Below are positions 54,701 through 63,781 of a stretch of 64,000 nucleotides of DNA, one piece after another (the stretch's first letter is position 1; each line of letters begins with the position of its first letter). The notes beneath the pieces are model-generated. The model did not search any database and was not told where the DNA came from. It saw only the letters and a list, made by a program, of their open reading frames with translations. A program made the translations under genes and the position numbers. This DNA comes from an uncultured Acidobacteriota bacterium (GTDB taxonomy: Bacteria > Acidobacteriota > JAAYUB01), in the NCBI GenBank assembly GCA_964436005.1, contig CAYTBK010000007.1:1340-65339 (forward strand). Reading direction: 5' to 3'.

Positions 54701-55722
54701 CCTATACTTTCCAGGTCAAGGCGGCCAACTGCGACGGTGTTTGGAACGAGAAAGGCAGATCCATCCGGATCGTCATCACTCCCCCTTTCTGGCGAACGAT
54801 CTGGGCCTACCTGCTGTACGCCGCCCTGATCGTGGGCGGCGCCTGGGGGGTTTACCACCTCCGGGTCTGGAAGCTCAAAGAGAATGAATGGCGGTTGTCC
54901 AACCTCGTCGACCTGCGCACATACCAGTTGTCCAAGGCCAACGAGAAGCTCCAGGAAGCCAACACGGAACTGGAGACGTACGCCGGGCGGCTGGCCAAAA
55001 CCAATACCGAGCTGGAGAAAGCGAATCAGCTCAAGACGGATCTGCTCCAGATGGCGGCCCATGACCTGAAGAACCCCCTGACCGCCATCATCGGGTTCAC
55101 GGATCTTCTGAAAGCCAAGTGCGGTCATGACGCAAAGGCGAAGACGGGCCTGGATGTCATCGGGGATTCCGCCGACCGCATGTTCCACCTGATCACCGAA
55201 CTGCTCGAAACGGCGGCCATCGAGGACGGGCGCCTGGTTCTGAAGACGGAAACCGTTGACATGGCGGAGCTTGCCGAGGCCAGTTGCCAATTGGTCAGGC
55301 CTTCGGCCGCAAACAAGAACCAGGAGTTGACCCTGGAAGCCGAGGCGGCCTGCCTGGTGAACGGGGATGAGGGCATTCTCCGGCAGGTGATGGACAATCT
55401 CATCGGCAACGCGGTCAAGTATTCCCCGCTGGGAAAAAACATCTGGGTATCCGTCCGGAAAAGGGGCGGGGAAGCGTGGCTGGAAGTGCGTGACGAGGGC
55501 CCCGGCCTGACGGAAACGGACAAGAAGAGGGTTTTCGGGAAATTCCAGAAACTCTCCGCCCAGCCGACGGGGAACGAGTCCAGCACGGGCCTGGGCCTGT
55601 CTATCGCCAAGGGGCTGGTGGAGCTTCACGGCGGGAGACTCTGGGCGGAAAGCGAAGCCGGGAATGGGGCTTCTTTTTTCATTGCGATCCCCCTCGTGCC
55701 CATCCGCCAGGAAGATGCCTGA
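51775..55722 (+). CDS. Sensor histidine kinase: Reg_prop beta-propellers with an inserted domain, Y_Y_Y, TM, coiled coil, HisKA, HATPase
   Basis: IGVEDGLPEN, QDRIGFLWIGTQNGL repeats, YTNLDPGTYTFQVKAANCDGVWN, PPFWRT, AAHDLKNPL, GNAVKYSP, DEGPGL, STGLGLSI. Start may be 51775 or a few codons later. Confidence 0.92.
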   Translation: MRPLDIHAGRGMYSWAVRLSVAILACLCLQAGAADPQAWIRFRNIGVEDGLPENSPRILLQDRIGFLWIGTQNGLLRYDGTRYKIFKPDPDNKRHMRGRSVSALAEGLGERLWIGTEAGLEMLDRKTGKFTHYPIDSGRVEAFSNKPFGIVEDESGKVWVVTEGLNLERLDQETGKVVRFRHRASDPSSLDSDIVPSRHCIYKDPTGRIWVGTQKGVSLFDPATEGFRRIRTMKLPNGIGCVNFLQASRRFPGAFWAGTAGNGLFLIQPDAGEKPFLVWQFSIQDRNSFRAAANWVFGLLEDRAGNVWLATSDGLYRFDPASGVSRAVAQANVGANQENAFIGPFLEDLHGNIWFRTVSAKAVCRFSPASGALVVLDGSETDNTGFRVGNRIFDMLVDKGGALWIGTWVGGLNMMDPTQQRFPGLQGSAGGRPGLAADNVRSLCCDRENLWIGTSAGLDCQNLANGEIRHNVLAPPGNDASINAVRCLAADAAGKIWVGGSNGISVIAPGSKQMQRFVHREPVLPPSFFPRLDELLRGKARAAGILTVGDGANLAAPFSLTAPTAMLVVCTGEGATELVDRGWLEGAQGRVLWNMKPENTFPAGGDEQNRLSFAVVRLAAGNYTLRYRSNTAHSAFGWRRKLPDRPDLWGIQALTLTPAQEKVFSSLLSARNTNSLSHNYVRAILPDHQGNIWAGTLYGLNRLNPATGEVRRYYGENENPASLGDSNITCIYEDSAGSLWVGTNDGGLSRFRPETDDFERYLPKHCILSIQEDHSGHFWLGTYELGLCLLDRRTGATKYFSERDGLCSDLVTGNVPDREGFLWLGTSRGLSRFDPARQIFKNYSVVDGKTVNDTVQTMLQLPDGTICLGGKKGLNRFRPSELQDNPNPPAVALIGFRLFGEMVRPEPNGPLREDISIAEEIVLPWHQNNISFEFAALHFSAPEKNSYAYMLHGMDKAWIHCGAERTANYTNLDPGTYTFQVKAANCDGVWNEKGRSIRIVITPPFWRTIWAYLLYAALIVGGAWGVYHLRVWKLKENEWRLSNLVDLRTYQLSKANEKLQEANTELETYAGRLAKTNTELEKANQLKTDLLQMAAHDLKNPLTAIIGFTDLLKAKCGHDAKAKTGLDVIGDSADRMFHLITELLETAAIEDGRLVLKTETVDMAELAEASCQLVRPSAANKNQELTLEAEAACLVNGDEGILRQVMDNLIGNAVKYSPLGKNIWVSVRKRGGEAWLEVRDEGPGLTETDKKRVFGKFQKLSAQPTGNESSTGLGLSIAKGLVELHGGRLWAESEAGNGASFFIAIPLVPIRQEDA

Positions 55723-55854
55723 CCACAACCTCGCGATCGGGGAAGAGGCCATTTTTACGGGACAATTTGTGATAAAAGTCATTGGAAGACAGCGGCAACG
55801 GTAATATCATGATGTTGCGTGCGGAAAGGCGTTGCTGTGCCTTGGAGGTGGGAT

Positions 55855-57339
55855 ATGGAACCAGGAAGCGGAGGTCTCGAGTACGGGGCGGCATCGATGG
55901 ACATCGGTACGCTTGTCGCTTCTGTGGAAAAAGTGCAGAGCGAAGTGCTGCGCGGCAACGTGGTCGAAGCGATCCAGACTCTCTTCCGCATGAAGAAATC
56001 GGGGCTCCAGGTGGATTTTTCCGCCTTGCAGGAGGTCCTCGACATCCCCAACTACGTCAAGCACCTGTTCGATGAGACGAACATCGGCGACGCCGTGACG
56101 GCGACGAAGTGTCTGGCCGCGCTGAAGGGCCTCCACCTCGACGTCGATTCCAGGCAGATCGATTATGTCCGTTACAAGAAAATGTCGATGCTCGGCAATG
56201 CCAGCGCCGAAGAGCACGCCATGACGGCTCGGCCCGAGTTCCGGTCCCTGATCATGGTGCTGCGGTCGTTTCACGTCATCGTGGGCGATTTCCGGGAGTG
56301 TTCCGTCCATTCGGCGGACGAGGGGGTTTCCTGCCAGGAGGAGATCACCCTGCGCTTTCCCAACCTGTCTTTCCGGGACACGTTTTTGCAGACGGCCTTC
56401 CGGGTGGCCCTGGAACACGATCTGAACTTCACCTGGGAAAACCGCGCCTCCATTTTCAACCAGGACATGACTGGGCACATCGGGTGGTTTGTCCGCCACG
56501 CGGGCAAGGAGATAAGCAGCGAAGCCATGCTGGTGCTGAAAAAGCGCTTTGACCGCTTCATCAATGCGCTGGTGGCGGAAGTGGAGCATTTCGGCTTTCT
56601 CCGCTGCATCATGCCGGAAGGTTCGCTGGACCACATGAAGAAAATCATCTTTTCCCGGGACACGGCCGTGGCTTCCCAGATCTGCTCTGCCTTGTCCGAC
56701 CGGAATGCGGTCGGGGTGCACGATCTCGACACACTCCTTTCCTGGTTCGCGGACGCCGACAACGGGGTTTCCGCCTTCGTCTTCCACCTTTCCATCCGGG
56801 ACTTCGACGTCATCCAGGCCATGGTGAACTTCAAGCTGATGCGGGACAAGGTAGGCCCCCCGTTCATTGTTCTGGCGGAAGACCCATTTTTCCTGGTCAT
56901 GAAAGATCCCTTTCACCTTTTCTCGGGCTGCGAGTTTCTCCAGCTCTTTTCTCCCGAGGCGGTGTCCCAAATTTCCGCCACCATCGTCAAGACGGCGGCG
57001 TGCCGGCGGCGGTTTGTCCGGATCCCCGTGGACATCCGCTGCCACGCCAACTTGCGCACGCGCTCGGAGCACACGAGGGTGACCCCGGTCAGCCCGGCGG
57101 GCGCCTTCCTCAAAACACACAAGGCGATTCCCGTTTTTGCCCCGGCGGAAATCCACCTGTACGATCCGGAATCCGGCTTTGAGGAGACCATTGTCGGAAA
57201 CGTCATCTACAACCAGCGCGGCGGGTCGGCGGTGCGTTTCGACAACGTGATCTCTTTCGAAAAATTCAAGCAGCTGAGGGCGATGACCCTTTCCCGGCAC
57301 CGTCGGGTCGTGGACACCTTCCAGCGCTCCGTTCTTTGA
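55855..57339 (+). CDS. Cytoplasmic protein with C-terminal PilZ-like domain
   Basis: RRRFVRIPVD (RxxxR), PVSPAGAFL (degenerate D/NxSxxG), GNVIY...SAVRF. Start ATG at 55855 after GGAGG. Confidence 0.7.
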   Translation: MEPGSGGLEYGAASMDIGTLVASVEKVQSEVLRGNVVEAIQTLFRMKKSGLQVDFSALQEVLDIPNYVKHLFDETNIGDAVTATKCLAALKGLHLDVDSRQIDYVRYKKMSMLGNASAEEHAMTARPEFRSLIMVLRSFHVIVGDFRECSVHSADEGVSCQEEITLRFPNLSFRDTFLQTAFRVALEHDLNFTWENRASIFNQDMTGHIGWFVRHAGKEISSEAMLVLKKRFDRFINALVAEVEHFGFLRCIMPEGSLDHMKKIIFSRDTAVASQICSALSDRNAVGVHDLDTLLSWFADADNGVSAFVFHLSIRDFDVIQAMVNFKLMRDKVGPPFIVLAEDPFFLVMKDPFHLFSGCEFLQLFSPEAVSQISATIVKTAACRRRFVRIPVDIRCHANLRTRSEHTRVTPVSPAGAFLKTHKAIPVFAPAEIHLYDPESGFEETIVGNVIYNQRGGSAVRFDNVISFEKFKQLRAMTLSRHRRVVDTFQRSVL

Positions 57340-57512
57340 CCCCGGCGACGCGGCTTCCTTTGTAATATATTGAAGCAACAATTTATTGCATTGATTGCCC
57401 GGCATGATTTGTCGTGCTTCCCCCGAATTCCTGGTATAAAATCGACCGTGCCAAATCCGCTCTTCCCCCCGTGGCCTGCCGGCCGGGAGAAGAGATCAAA
57501 TGAGGTGGTTAC

Positions 57513-58043
57513 ATGAAGAAAGTCAGGTTCTTGCTTCTATTCGGCGTGTGTGTGCTGCTGACCTTGCCCGTTCTTTCGCAGGGGGCGGATGTTCGGCAGC
57601 AGCTTTTCCTCATCAGCCAGGCAGTTGGGGCAGGAACGAAAATTGGCGTGATCTGCCAGGTGTCGACGAACGCCGCGGCCGTTCAGAGCCTGATGGTTTC
57701 GTCGAAGGCCTACCGCGTCGAACTGCTCTTTTTCGATGCGAAGACCATCCAGGACGTCGAGAAAGGTTTCGTGTCCCTGCTCCCGAAAGGGATTCGGGCG
57801 GTCATCGTCATCCCCGACAATTGTGCCGGGAGCAAGAACGGCATCGGGATTCTGGCCGGAAAATGCAAGGGAGCCAAGATCCCCCTGTTCGGCACCATGC
57901 CGAACGCCTTGGCCCTGGGCGCCCTGGCCACGGTGTCCAAAGCAGGCGACGGTTCACTGAAACTCATCGTCAGCAAAGCCAAAATGGCCGAATGGGGAGT
58001 CCAGTTCAAACCGGAAGTGCAGGGGAAAATGGAGCTGCAATAG
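57513..58043 (+). CDS. Small secreted protein, single lobe of an ABC substrate-binding / YfiR-like fold
   Basis: Signal peptide; KIGVI, AVIVIPDN, KIPLFG, GALATV, LKLIVSKAKMAEWGVQF. Confidence 0.6.
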   Translation: MKKVRFLLLFGVCVLLTLPVLSQGADVRQQLFLISQAVGAGTKIGVICQVSTNAAAVQSLMVSSKAYRVELLFFDAKTIQDVEKGFVSLLPKGIRAVIVIPDNCAGSKNGIGILAGKCKGAKIPLFGTMPNALALGALATVSKAGDGSLKLIVSKAKMAEWGVQFKPEVQGKMELQ

Positions 58044-58099
58044 CCGATGGTCCCATTCGGCAAGGTTCCGGGGGAGTTGCTGCGGCAACTCCCCTTTTG

Positions 58100-59431
58100 C
58101 TATGAGATGAGTTCTGCCGTGAAATCGTAATCGAGTGAACGCTTCAGCCTGGCCTGGACGAATCGTCCCGGCGAAAGCGTTTCCACGGCGCCCTCCGTCA
58201 GGTAGACCACGCCGTCCACATCCGGCGCCTGACCTTCGGTCCTGGCCTGGACCAGGAAATCGGCATCGTCGCGGATGCCGTCGACGACGACCTGGACCAC
58301 CTTCCCCCGGTTCTCGCGCTGCTTTTTTCGAATGATTCCCAACTGCAGACGCATCAGCCTGTCGCGACGCTTTTCCGCCTCCCGGCTGTCGACCTGGCCA
58401 TCCAGCTCGCTGGCGGGGGTGCCTTCCTCGTCGGAATAGGCGAAAACGCCCAGATTGTCGAGAGCTGCGTCCTTCACGAACTGCACGAGCCTCCGGAAAG
58501 CCTCCGGCGTTTCGCCGGGGAAGCCGACGATGAGGGAGGACCGGAGAGCCAGGCCGGGCAGGGCGGATCTGGCCTTCTCGATGAGCGAAAGATACAGCTC
58601 GGCGTCGCCGCGTCTCCCCATCCTGGCCAGAATGTCCGCATCGGCATGCTGGAAAGGTATGTCCAGGTAGCGGCATATGTTGCGGGAGGAGGCGATCGCC
58701 GCCAGGAGTTCCTCGCTGATTTCCGAGGGATACGCGTACATGAGCCGCAGCCAGTATTCGCCGCCGAGAGAACCCAGGCGCTTCAGCAAGGGCACGATGG
58801 CGTTGCGTTCGCCGCGGTCGCGGCCGAAGGAGGTCGTGTCCTGGCCGATGAGGATCAGTTCCTTGACGCCTTCCTGCAGCAACCGCTCCGCTTCCCGGAC
58901 GATGTCGTCGCCGGCCCGGCTGCGCAGTTTCCCGCGTATGGCCGGGATGGCGCAGAAAGTGCAGCGGTGGGAGCAGCCGTCCGCTATCTTCAGGTAGGCG
59001 ATGTGAGCGGGCGTGACCCGACGCCGGGGCGTAGCGAAAGTGGGCAGGAAAGGGGGATCGTCGATGCGGACCGACCGCCCTCCTGAGGTCTCGATGGCTT
59101 CGCAGATCCGGCCCAGATCATTGACGCCGAGGATGGCGTCGATCTCCGGGATGTCGCTCGAGAGCACGCTTGCGTACCGCTGCGCCAGGCAACCGGTGAC
59201 CACCACTCGCAGGGCTGGGTTGGTCTCCTTCTGACGGACTGCCTCGAAGACGGCGTCGAGAGATTCTTCCTTGGCGCTTTGGATGAACCCGCAGGTGTTG
59301 ACGATGGCGACGTCGGCGTTGTCGGGCAGATCTGTCAGTTCATGCCCGGCCTGGGCCAGGAGGCCCGCCATGATTTCCGTATCCACCAGGTTTTTCGGGC
59401 AGCCCAGGCTTCGAATGTATATTTTTTTCAT
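58100..59431 (-). CDS. rimO: Ribosomal protein S12 methylthiotransferase
   Basis: SLGCPKNLVDTE, NTCGFIQSAKEES, YLKIADGCSHRCTFCAIP, YLDIPFQHA, QAPDVDG. Start MKKIY at 59431 fits the RBS spacing. Confidence 0.95.
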   Translation of the reverse strand: MKKIYIRSLGCPKNLVDTEIMAGLLAQAGHELTDLPDNADVAIVNTCGFIQSAKEESLDAVFEAVRQKETNPALRVVVTGCLAQRYASVLSSDIPEIDAILGVNDLGRICEAIETSGGRSVRIDDPPFLPTFATPRRRVTPAHIAYLKIADGCSHRCTFCAIPAIRGKLRSRAGDDIVREAERLLQEGVKELILIGQDTTSFGRDRGERNAIVPLLKRLGSLGGEYWLRLMYAYPSEISEELLAAIASSRNICRYLDIPFQHADADILARMGRRGDAELYLSLIEKARSALPGLALRSSLIVGFPGETPEAFRRLVQFVKDAALDNLGVFAYSDEEGTPASELDGQVDSREAEKRRDRLMRLQLGIIRKKQRENRGKVVQVVVDGIRDDADFLVQARTEGQAPDVDGVVYLTEGAVETLSPGRFVQARLKRSLDYDFTAELIS

Positions 59432-59484
59432 TGAATTCATCCTCGAAAAATTCCGTTCCTGCATCCTTGCCCGGAAGGCAGCGT

Positions 59485-59554
59485 ATTATAGCGGGGCGGC
59501 GAGGGATTCCCAAGCACTACATTGCTTGATTATTATCGGCATGAAGGGTAAAAT
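59485..59554. promoter_or_regulatory. Divergent sigma70-type promoters: TTGGGA-17-TATAAT (minus, rimO) and TTGATT-17-TAAAAT (plus)
   Basis: Read directly at 59485-59513 and 59526-59554. Confidence 0.6.
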
Positions 59555-59637
59555 CGCATATTTTGGACGACCTTGGCAGCTGGCGATACCCACGCTGCCT
59601 CTTCGCGCGAAGCTACTGTCTTTCCTTGGGAGGAAAC

Positions 59638-60702
59638 ATGATACGAGTTGTTCAGCTGAAATTCGCTTTCCTTGTGCTCTTCGCTTTCAGCCGGCTGGGC
59701 ATGGCCCAGACCACTCCGGCCGCTACGTCTTCTCCCGAAGCCAAGCCTAAAATCAAATTGGATCATCTGGTCCACGATTTCAAGGAAGTGAACCCCGCGT
59801 CCGACCTGGAGGCCGTGTTCAATATCACGAACACCGGCAACGCTCCACTGGATATCATAGATATCAAAGCGTCTTGCGGTTGCACCATCCCCAGCATCGG
59901 GAAGCGGCTGCTGGCCCCCGGGGAAACGACAGTCCTGAAAGTGCGGCTGAAACCGCCCAACATCGCCGGCCTGGTCGACAAGAAGGTGACCATCAAGACA
60001 AACGACCCCGTCATCCCTTCGGTCATGCTTTCCCTGCTGGCCAACGTTGTGCTGGAGCTTTCGATCGAGCCGCAGTTCCTCCGCTTCGAGAACGTTCTTC
60101 GCTCCGATCAGCCGACCCGCGACATCTTGCTGGTGCCGAGAGATGCCGAGAAATTCAAGGTGATCGGAATCACCGCTGACTCCCCGTACCTGTCCACAAA
60201 TTTGGTGCAGGAAGGGGCGCGGTACCGGGTGACCGTTCGACTGGACGCCCCTTCTGTTCCGGCGGGCACGAGCGATTTCATGAGCACCCTCGTCCACATC
60301 AAGACCAACAGCGAATCGTTGCCGGAAGCCCTCGTTCCCGTGAACGTGCGCTTTCTTCCGCTCTATACCACGCTCCCCGAGCGGTTGCAGGTTTACGTCA
60401 AGGCAGACGCGACTTCCACCCGGCCGATCATCATCAAACAAACGCACGGACAGCCTTTCGAAATAACCGCCATTCGCTCGAGCAGCCCCTTCGTCAAGCC
60501 GACCATCGTCACCAACGGCCAGGCCAGCAACGACGTGTCCGTTTCATTTGAAATCCCGACCGGGCAGCGGGCGGCGAGCCAGGGCATCATCACCATCGAA
60601 ATCGGTGAGAAATCCATCGCCGTCCCGTTCCGTGTTACGGTGGAAAATCCCCAGCCGCCGACAACGGGCCAGACCCCCGCCCCCGAAAATCCTGCCAAGT
60701 AG
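59638..60702 (+). CDS. Secreted DUF1573 (Ig-like) domain protein
   Basis: Start at 59638 after GGAGG; signal peptide; FNITNTGNAPLDIIDIKASCGCT, LAPGET, VTIKTNDP. Confidence 0.85.
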   Translation: MIRVVQLKFAFLVLFAFSRLGMAQTTPAATSSPEAKPKIKLDHLVHDFKEVNPASDLEAVFNITNTGNAPLDIIDIKASCGCTIPSIGKRLLAPGETTVLKVRLKPPNIAGLVDKKVTIKTNDPVIPSVMLSLLANVVLELSIEPQFLRFENVLRSDQPTRDILLVPRDAEKFKVIGITADSPYLSTNLVQEGARYRVTVRLDAPSVPAGTSDFMSTLVHIKTNSESLPEALVPVNVRFLPLYTTLPERLQVYVKADATSTRPIIIKQTHGQPFEITAIRSSSPFVKPTIVTNGQASNDVSVSFEIPTGQRAASQGIITIEIGEKSIAVPFRVTVENPQPPTTGQTPAPENPAK

Positions 60703-60709
60703 GACAGCC

Positions 60710-61669
60710 ATGAAAGCAGTCACGACGATCTTCGGCCTCATGCTCCTGGCATCTCTTCTGCCGGCTCAGGAAACGTTGCCATCCATGTATGTTCACAAGG
60801 AACACATCACTTTGGAAGACGTACGCCCGAACGAGGTGGTTCCGGTGCGCTTTTCCTACACCAACCTCGGGAAGAAAGCGCTGCACATCGAAAAAGCGCT
60901 CACCTCCTGCGGCTGCCTTTCCTACATCCTGTCGGGCGAGATTTTGGAACCCGGTAAGGACGGCTTCATCGATCTCCAGTACAAGGCGCCTAGCGTCAAG
61001 GGTCATTCCGAATACAGAATTACTCTAATCACCGACGACCCGATGAAACAAGAGGTTTTTCTGACCCTGACGGTGAAAGTGGTGCCGGAAGTTTTCTGTG
61101 AACCCATCTGTTTGGAAGTCGATTGGCCGGTGAAGGCGGACTGGGTTGGCGAGATCAAGGTCACTTTCAAGAACCCGTGTTCAATTACTGGGCTGAAGGC
61201 GAGTTGCGACAGCCTGAAAGCTTCCGTGGCCAAAGCGGACGAAAAAGGGGCCACGATCAGACTGTCCGTCGTCGACGCGAAAGAGTACGTCAACAGCTAC
61301 AACCTGGTGGTGGAAACCACAAGCAAGGAACAACCGTCCATCAATTTTCCCGTGTACTTCAAAAGAGCCCAGGAATGGCTTTTCGGGAAGGATCCGCGAA
61401 AATTCGATTTCTTCACCGGGAACCAGACGATCACGAAGCACATATCCATGGCCCATCAGGACGGCGGTGTATTCCACATCGATAAAATCGAGCCTTCCAA
61501 CAAGTTTTTTTCCGTGAAGATACTCAAAAACGACTCGGCCGCCTGTGAGTTCGACCTGACGCTGAATGCCACGGGAATCATCAAAGGATCTTGCGACGGG
61601 TACCTCACGATTTTCACCAACCGGGGGACGACCCGCCTCGCCATCCCTTGCACAGCCCGTTCCCATTGA
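60710..61669 (+). CDS. Secreted DUF1573 (Ig-like) domain protein, paralog
   Basis: Signal peptide MKAVTTIFGLMLLASLLPAQE; FSYTNLGKKALHI...TSCGC, LEPGKDG, ITLITDDP. Confidence 0.82.
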   Translation: MKAVTTIFGLMLLASLLPAQETLPSMYVHKEHITLEDVRPNEVVPVRFSYTNLGKKALHIEKALTSCGCLSYILSGEILEPGKDGFIDLQYKAPSVKGHSEYRITLITDDPMKQEVFLTLTVKVVPEVFCEPICLEVDWPVKADWVGEIKVTFKNPCSITGLKASCDSLKASVAKADEKGATIRLSVVDAKEYVNSYNLVVETTSKEQPSINFPVYFKRAQEWLFGKDPRKFDFFTGNQTITKHISMAHQDGGVFHIDKIEPSNKFFSVKILKNDSAACEFDLTLNATGIIKGSCDGYLTIFTNRGTTRLAIPCTARSH

Positions 61670-61688
61670 CATGGGTTGACCGCTAACG

Positions 61689-63719
61689 ATGAATCCACAC
61701 CCAACGATAAACGAAAAAAGGGAGATCCCCGGGCCGCCGCACCCTGCGAGTGCGGTCGGCCTGGCCCGGATTCCCGAATGGGCAGCTGTCGCTTTCATCC
61801 TGGCCGTCGGGGTTTGTCTCTATTTGCCATCGGTATTTTACGGATTCGTCTTCGACGATTCGATCCTGGTGGTCAATTTTGCGACAGTCCACAACTTCAG
61901 CCAGGCCCTGTCTGAATTCCTGCACCTTTCCTACCGTTCTGTCCGTACCTTGAGTTACGCCGTCGACTATCTCGTGAGTGGACCGTCGCCGGTGGTTTTC
62001 CACCTGAGCAACCTGTTCTGGCATCTTCTGGTTCTGCTCATGGCCTGGCTTGTGTTGAAACGGATCTGCGATTCACGGCGGATTGCCCTCTGGTCCCTCG
62101 TCTTCTTCGCGGTTCATCCCGTGCACATCGACGCGGTGGCATATATATCTGGGCGGCGAGACATCCTGTCGGCGCTCTTCACCCTCATCGCCCTGTACGT
62201 TTTCTTGCGCATACGTTCCACTTCCCGGTTCGGAACGAGGCTGGCCCTGTGGCCGGTGGTGTTCCTTTGTTTCGGCCTGGCCTTTCTGTCGAAAGAAATG
62301 GGCGTCATCACTCCCCTGTTGATGTTTTTGTATGATTTCACCCGAAGGAGGGCCTCCCTGCCCAAGGAAGCCCGTTGGAAATTGCTTCGCAGCCTTGTCG
62401 GCGCGGTGGCCATGGCCTGGCCGTTCTACCTGGGGACGATCGTCATCGGGATTCTGGTGCTGTCCAGAGTCGGTATCGACTCCTTCACCGGAAGGTTCGT
62501 CTGGTGGGGGGGCACGTACCTGACGAACATCATGACCAGCGCGAAGATCATCCTATATGACATATACTTGATGGCCGTCCCCATTTCACTGCGGGCGGAC
62601 TACTCCTACGCGGGTTTTCCGGTCGTGCACTCCGCAACGGAGGTCACGGGGTGGGTCGCTCTGGTGGCCGTCATCTGCCTGCTGGGAATTCTGGTATGGC
62701 TCTTCTCAAACAAGTATTACCGGTTCGGCTTCTGGGGGATGTGGTTTTTGCTGTCCCTGACGCCTGTCCTGCACTTCGTGATTCCCCACCACGAGATTTT
62801 CGCCGAGCATTATCTCTATCTCGCTTCCCTGGGATTCTGCGTGATCCTCGCCCTGTTGCTGGACAAAGCCAGCCAGCGATTCCCGAAAACGGGCTCGGCC
62901 GCGAAATGGGCGGCGACCGCCGGTTTTTCCATCCTGCTGCTGCTTCACCTGCCAGCCTACCGGTCTGATTTCACTCTCTTCCATGACGTCCTCGACAAAG
63001 CCCCAACCTGCGTGAGGGCCAACTGGACCATCGGCAACCTTTATCTCGCTCAAGCAGAGGCCGAATTCTCTTCGGGCGACCTGGCGGCTGCCAAAAAATC
63101 AAAAACGATCGCTGCCGGGCACTTCGAACGCATCGTCGCCTTGCCCTTGGAGTACGAACTGGATTCCGTTCCCACGGAGATCATCAAGAAAATGAAGCAC
63201 CTTTGGCAGGAGGGTGAGAGCGAAGTCATTCACCGTGATGTCTTTGCGCATGCTTATGCCTGGGAGAAACTGGGTGGGATCTACGAATCGGAAGAGAAGT
63301 TCGAAAAGGCCAAGAAAGCCTACCTGGCCGCCCTCAGCCTGGGGATTCAGCAATCGATGATTTTCGATCGTTTGGGCCGGATGTCCGCAGAAAAAGGGAA
63401 TTTCCCGGAGGCGATCGCCTATTTCGAGAAGGGTGTCGCTTTGAAACCCGACTCTTTCGACACCATTACGAACATCGGCGTTGCTCACTGCGGATTGAAG
63501 CAGTGGCCACAGGCGAAGGCCTGTTTCCAGAAAGCGCTGTCCATCAACCGCAACTACGCTCTGGCCAATTATTACCTGGCCCAGGTCATCATGACGGCGG
63601 AACCCGAATTTGACAAAAAGGCCGTGATCCGGCTTCTGAAGAAAGCCTTGGACAAGAAACTGGATCCCCGGCTGGAGCCCGACGCCAAGCGCCAGTTGGC
63701 GATTTTGCAGCAGCCCTGA
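61689..63719 (+). CDS. TMTC-like GT-C glycosyltransferase (multi-TM, DUF1736-like, TPR)
   Basis: FVFDD, YRSVRTLSY, FHLSNLFWH, FAVHPVHIDAVAYISGRRDIL, LSKEMG, FAEHYLYLAS, C-terminal TPRs. Confidence 0.85.
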   Translation: MNPHPTINEKREIPGPPHPASAVGLARIPEWAAVAFILAVGVCLYLPSVFYGFVFDDSILVVNFATVHNFSQALSEFLHLSYRSVRTLSYAVDYLVSGPSPVVFHLSNLFWHLLVLLMAWLVLKRICDSRRIALWSLVFFAVHPVHIDAVAYISGRRDILSALFTLIALYVFLRIRSTSRFGTRLALWPVVFLCFGLAFLSKEMGVITPLLMFLYDFTRRRASLPKEARWKLLRSLVGAVAMAWPFYLGTIVIGILVLSRVGIDSFTGRFVWWGGTYLTNIMTSAKIILYDIYLMAVPISLRADYSYAGFPVVHSATEVTGWVALVAVICLLGILVWLFSNKYYRFGFWGMWFLLSLTPVLHFVIPHHEIFAEHYLYLASLGFCVILALLLDKASQRFPKTGSAAKWAATAGFSILLLLHLPAYRSDFTLFHDVLDKAPTCVRANWTIGNLYLAQAEAEFSSGDLAAAKKSKTIAAGHFERIVALPLEYELDSVPTEIIKKMKHLWQEGESEVIHRDVFAHAYAWEKLGGIYESEEKFEKAKKAYLAALSLGIQQSMIFDRLGRMSAEKGNFPEAIAYFEKGVALKPDSFDTITNIGVAHCGLKQWPQAKACFQKALSINRNYALANYYLAQVIMTAEPEFDKKAVIRLLKKALDKKLDPRLEPDAKRQLAILQQP

Positions 63720-63735
63720 CCAGGCCAGCAGAATG

Positions 63736-63766
63736 AAAAAAGGCCGCTCATCGGAGCGGCCTTTTT
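63736..63766. terminator. Bidirectional intrinsic terminator
   Basis: AAAAAAGGCCGCTC-ATCG-GAGCGGCCTTTTT between convergent genes. Confidence 0.85.
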
Positions 63767-63781
63767 CACGATCCGGAAGCG

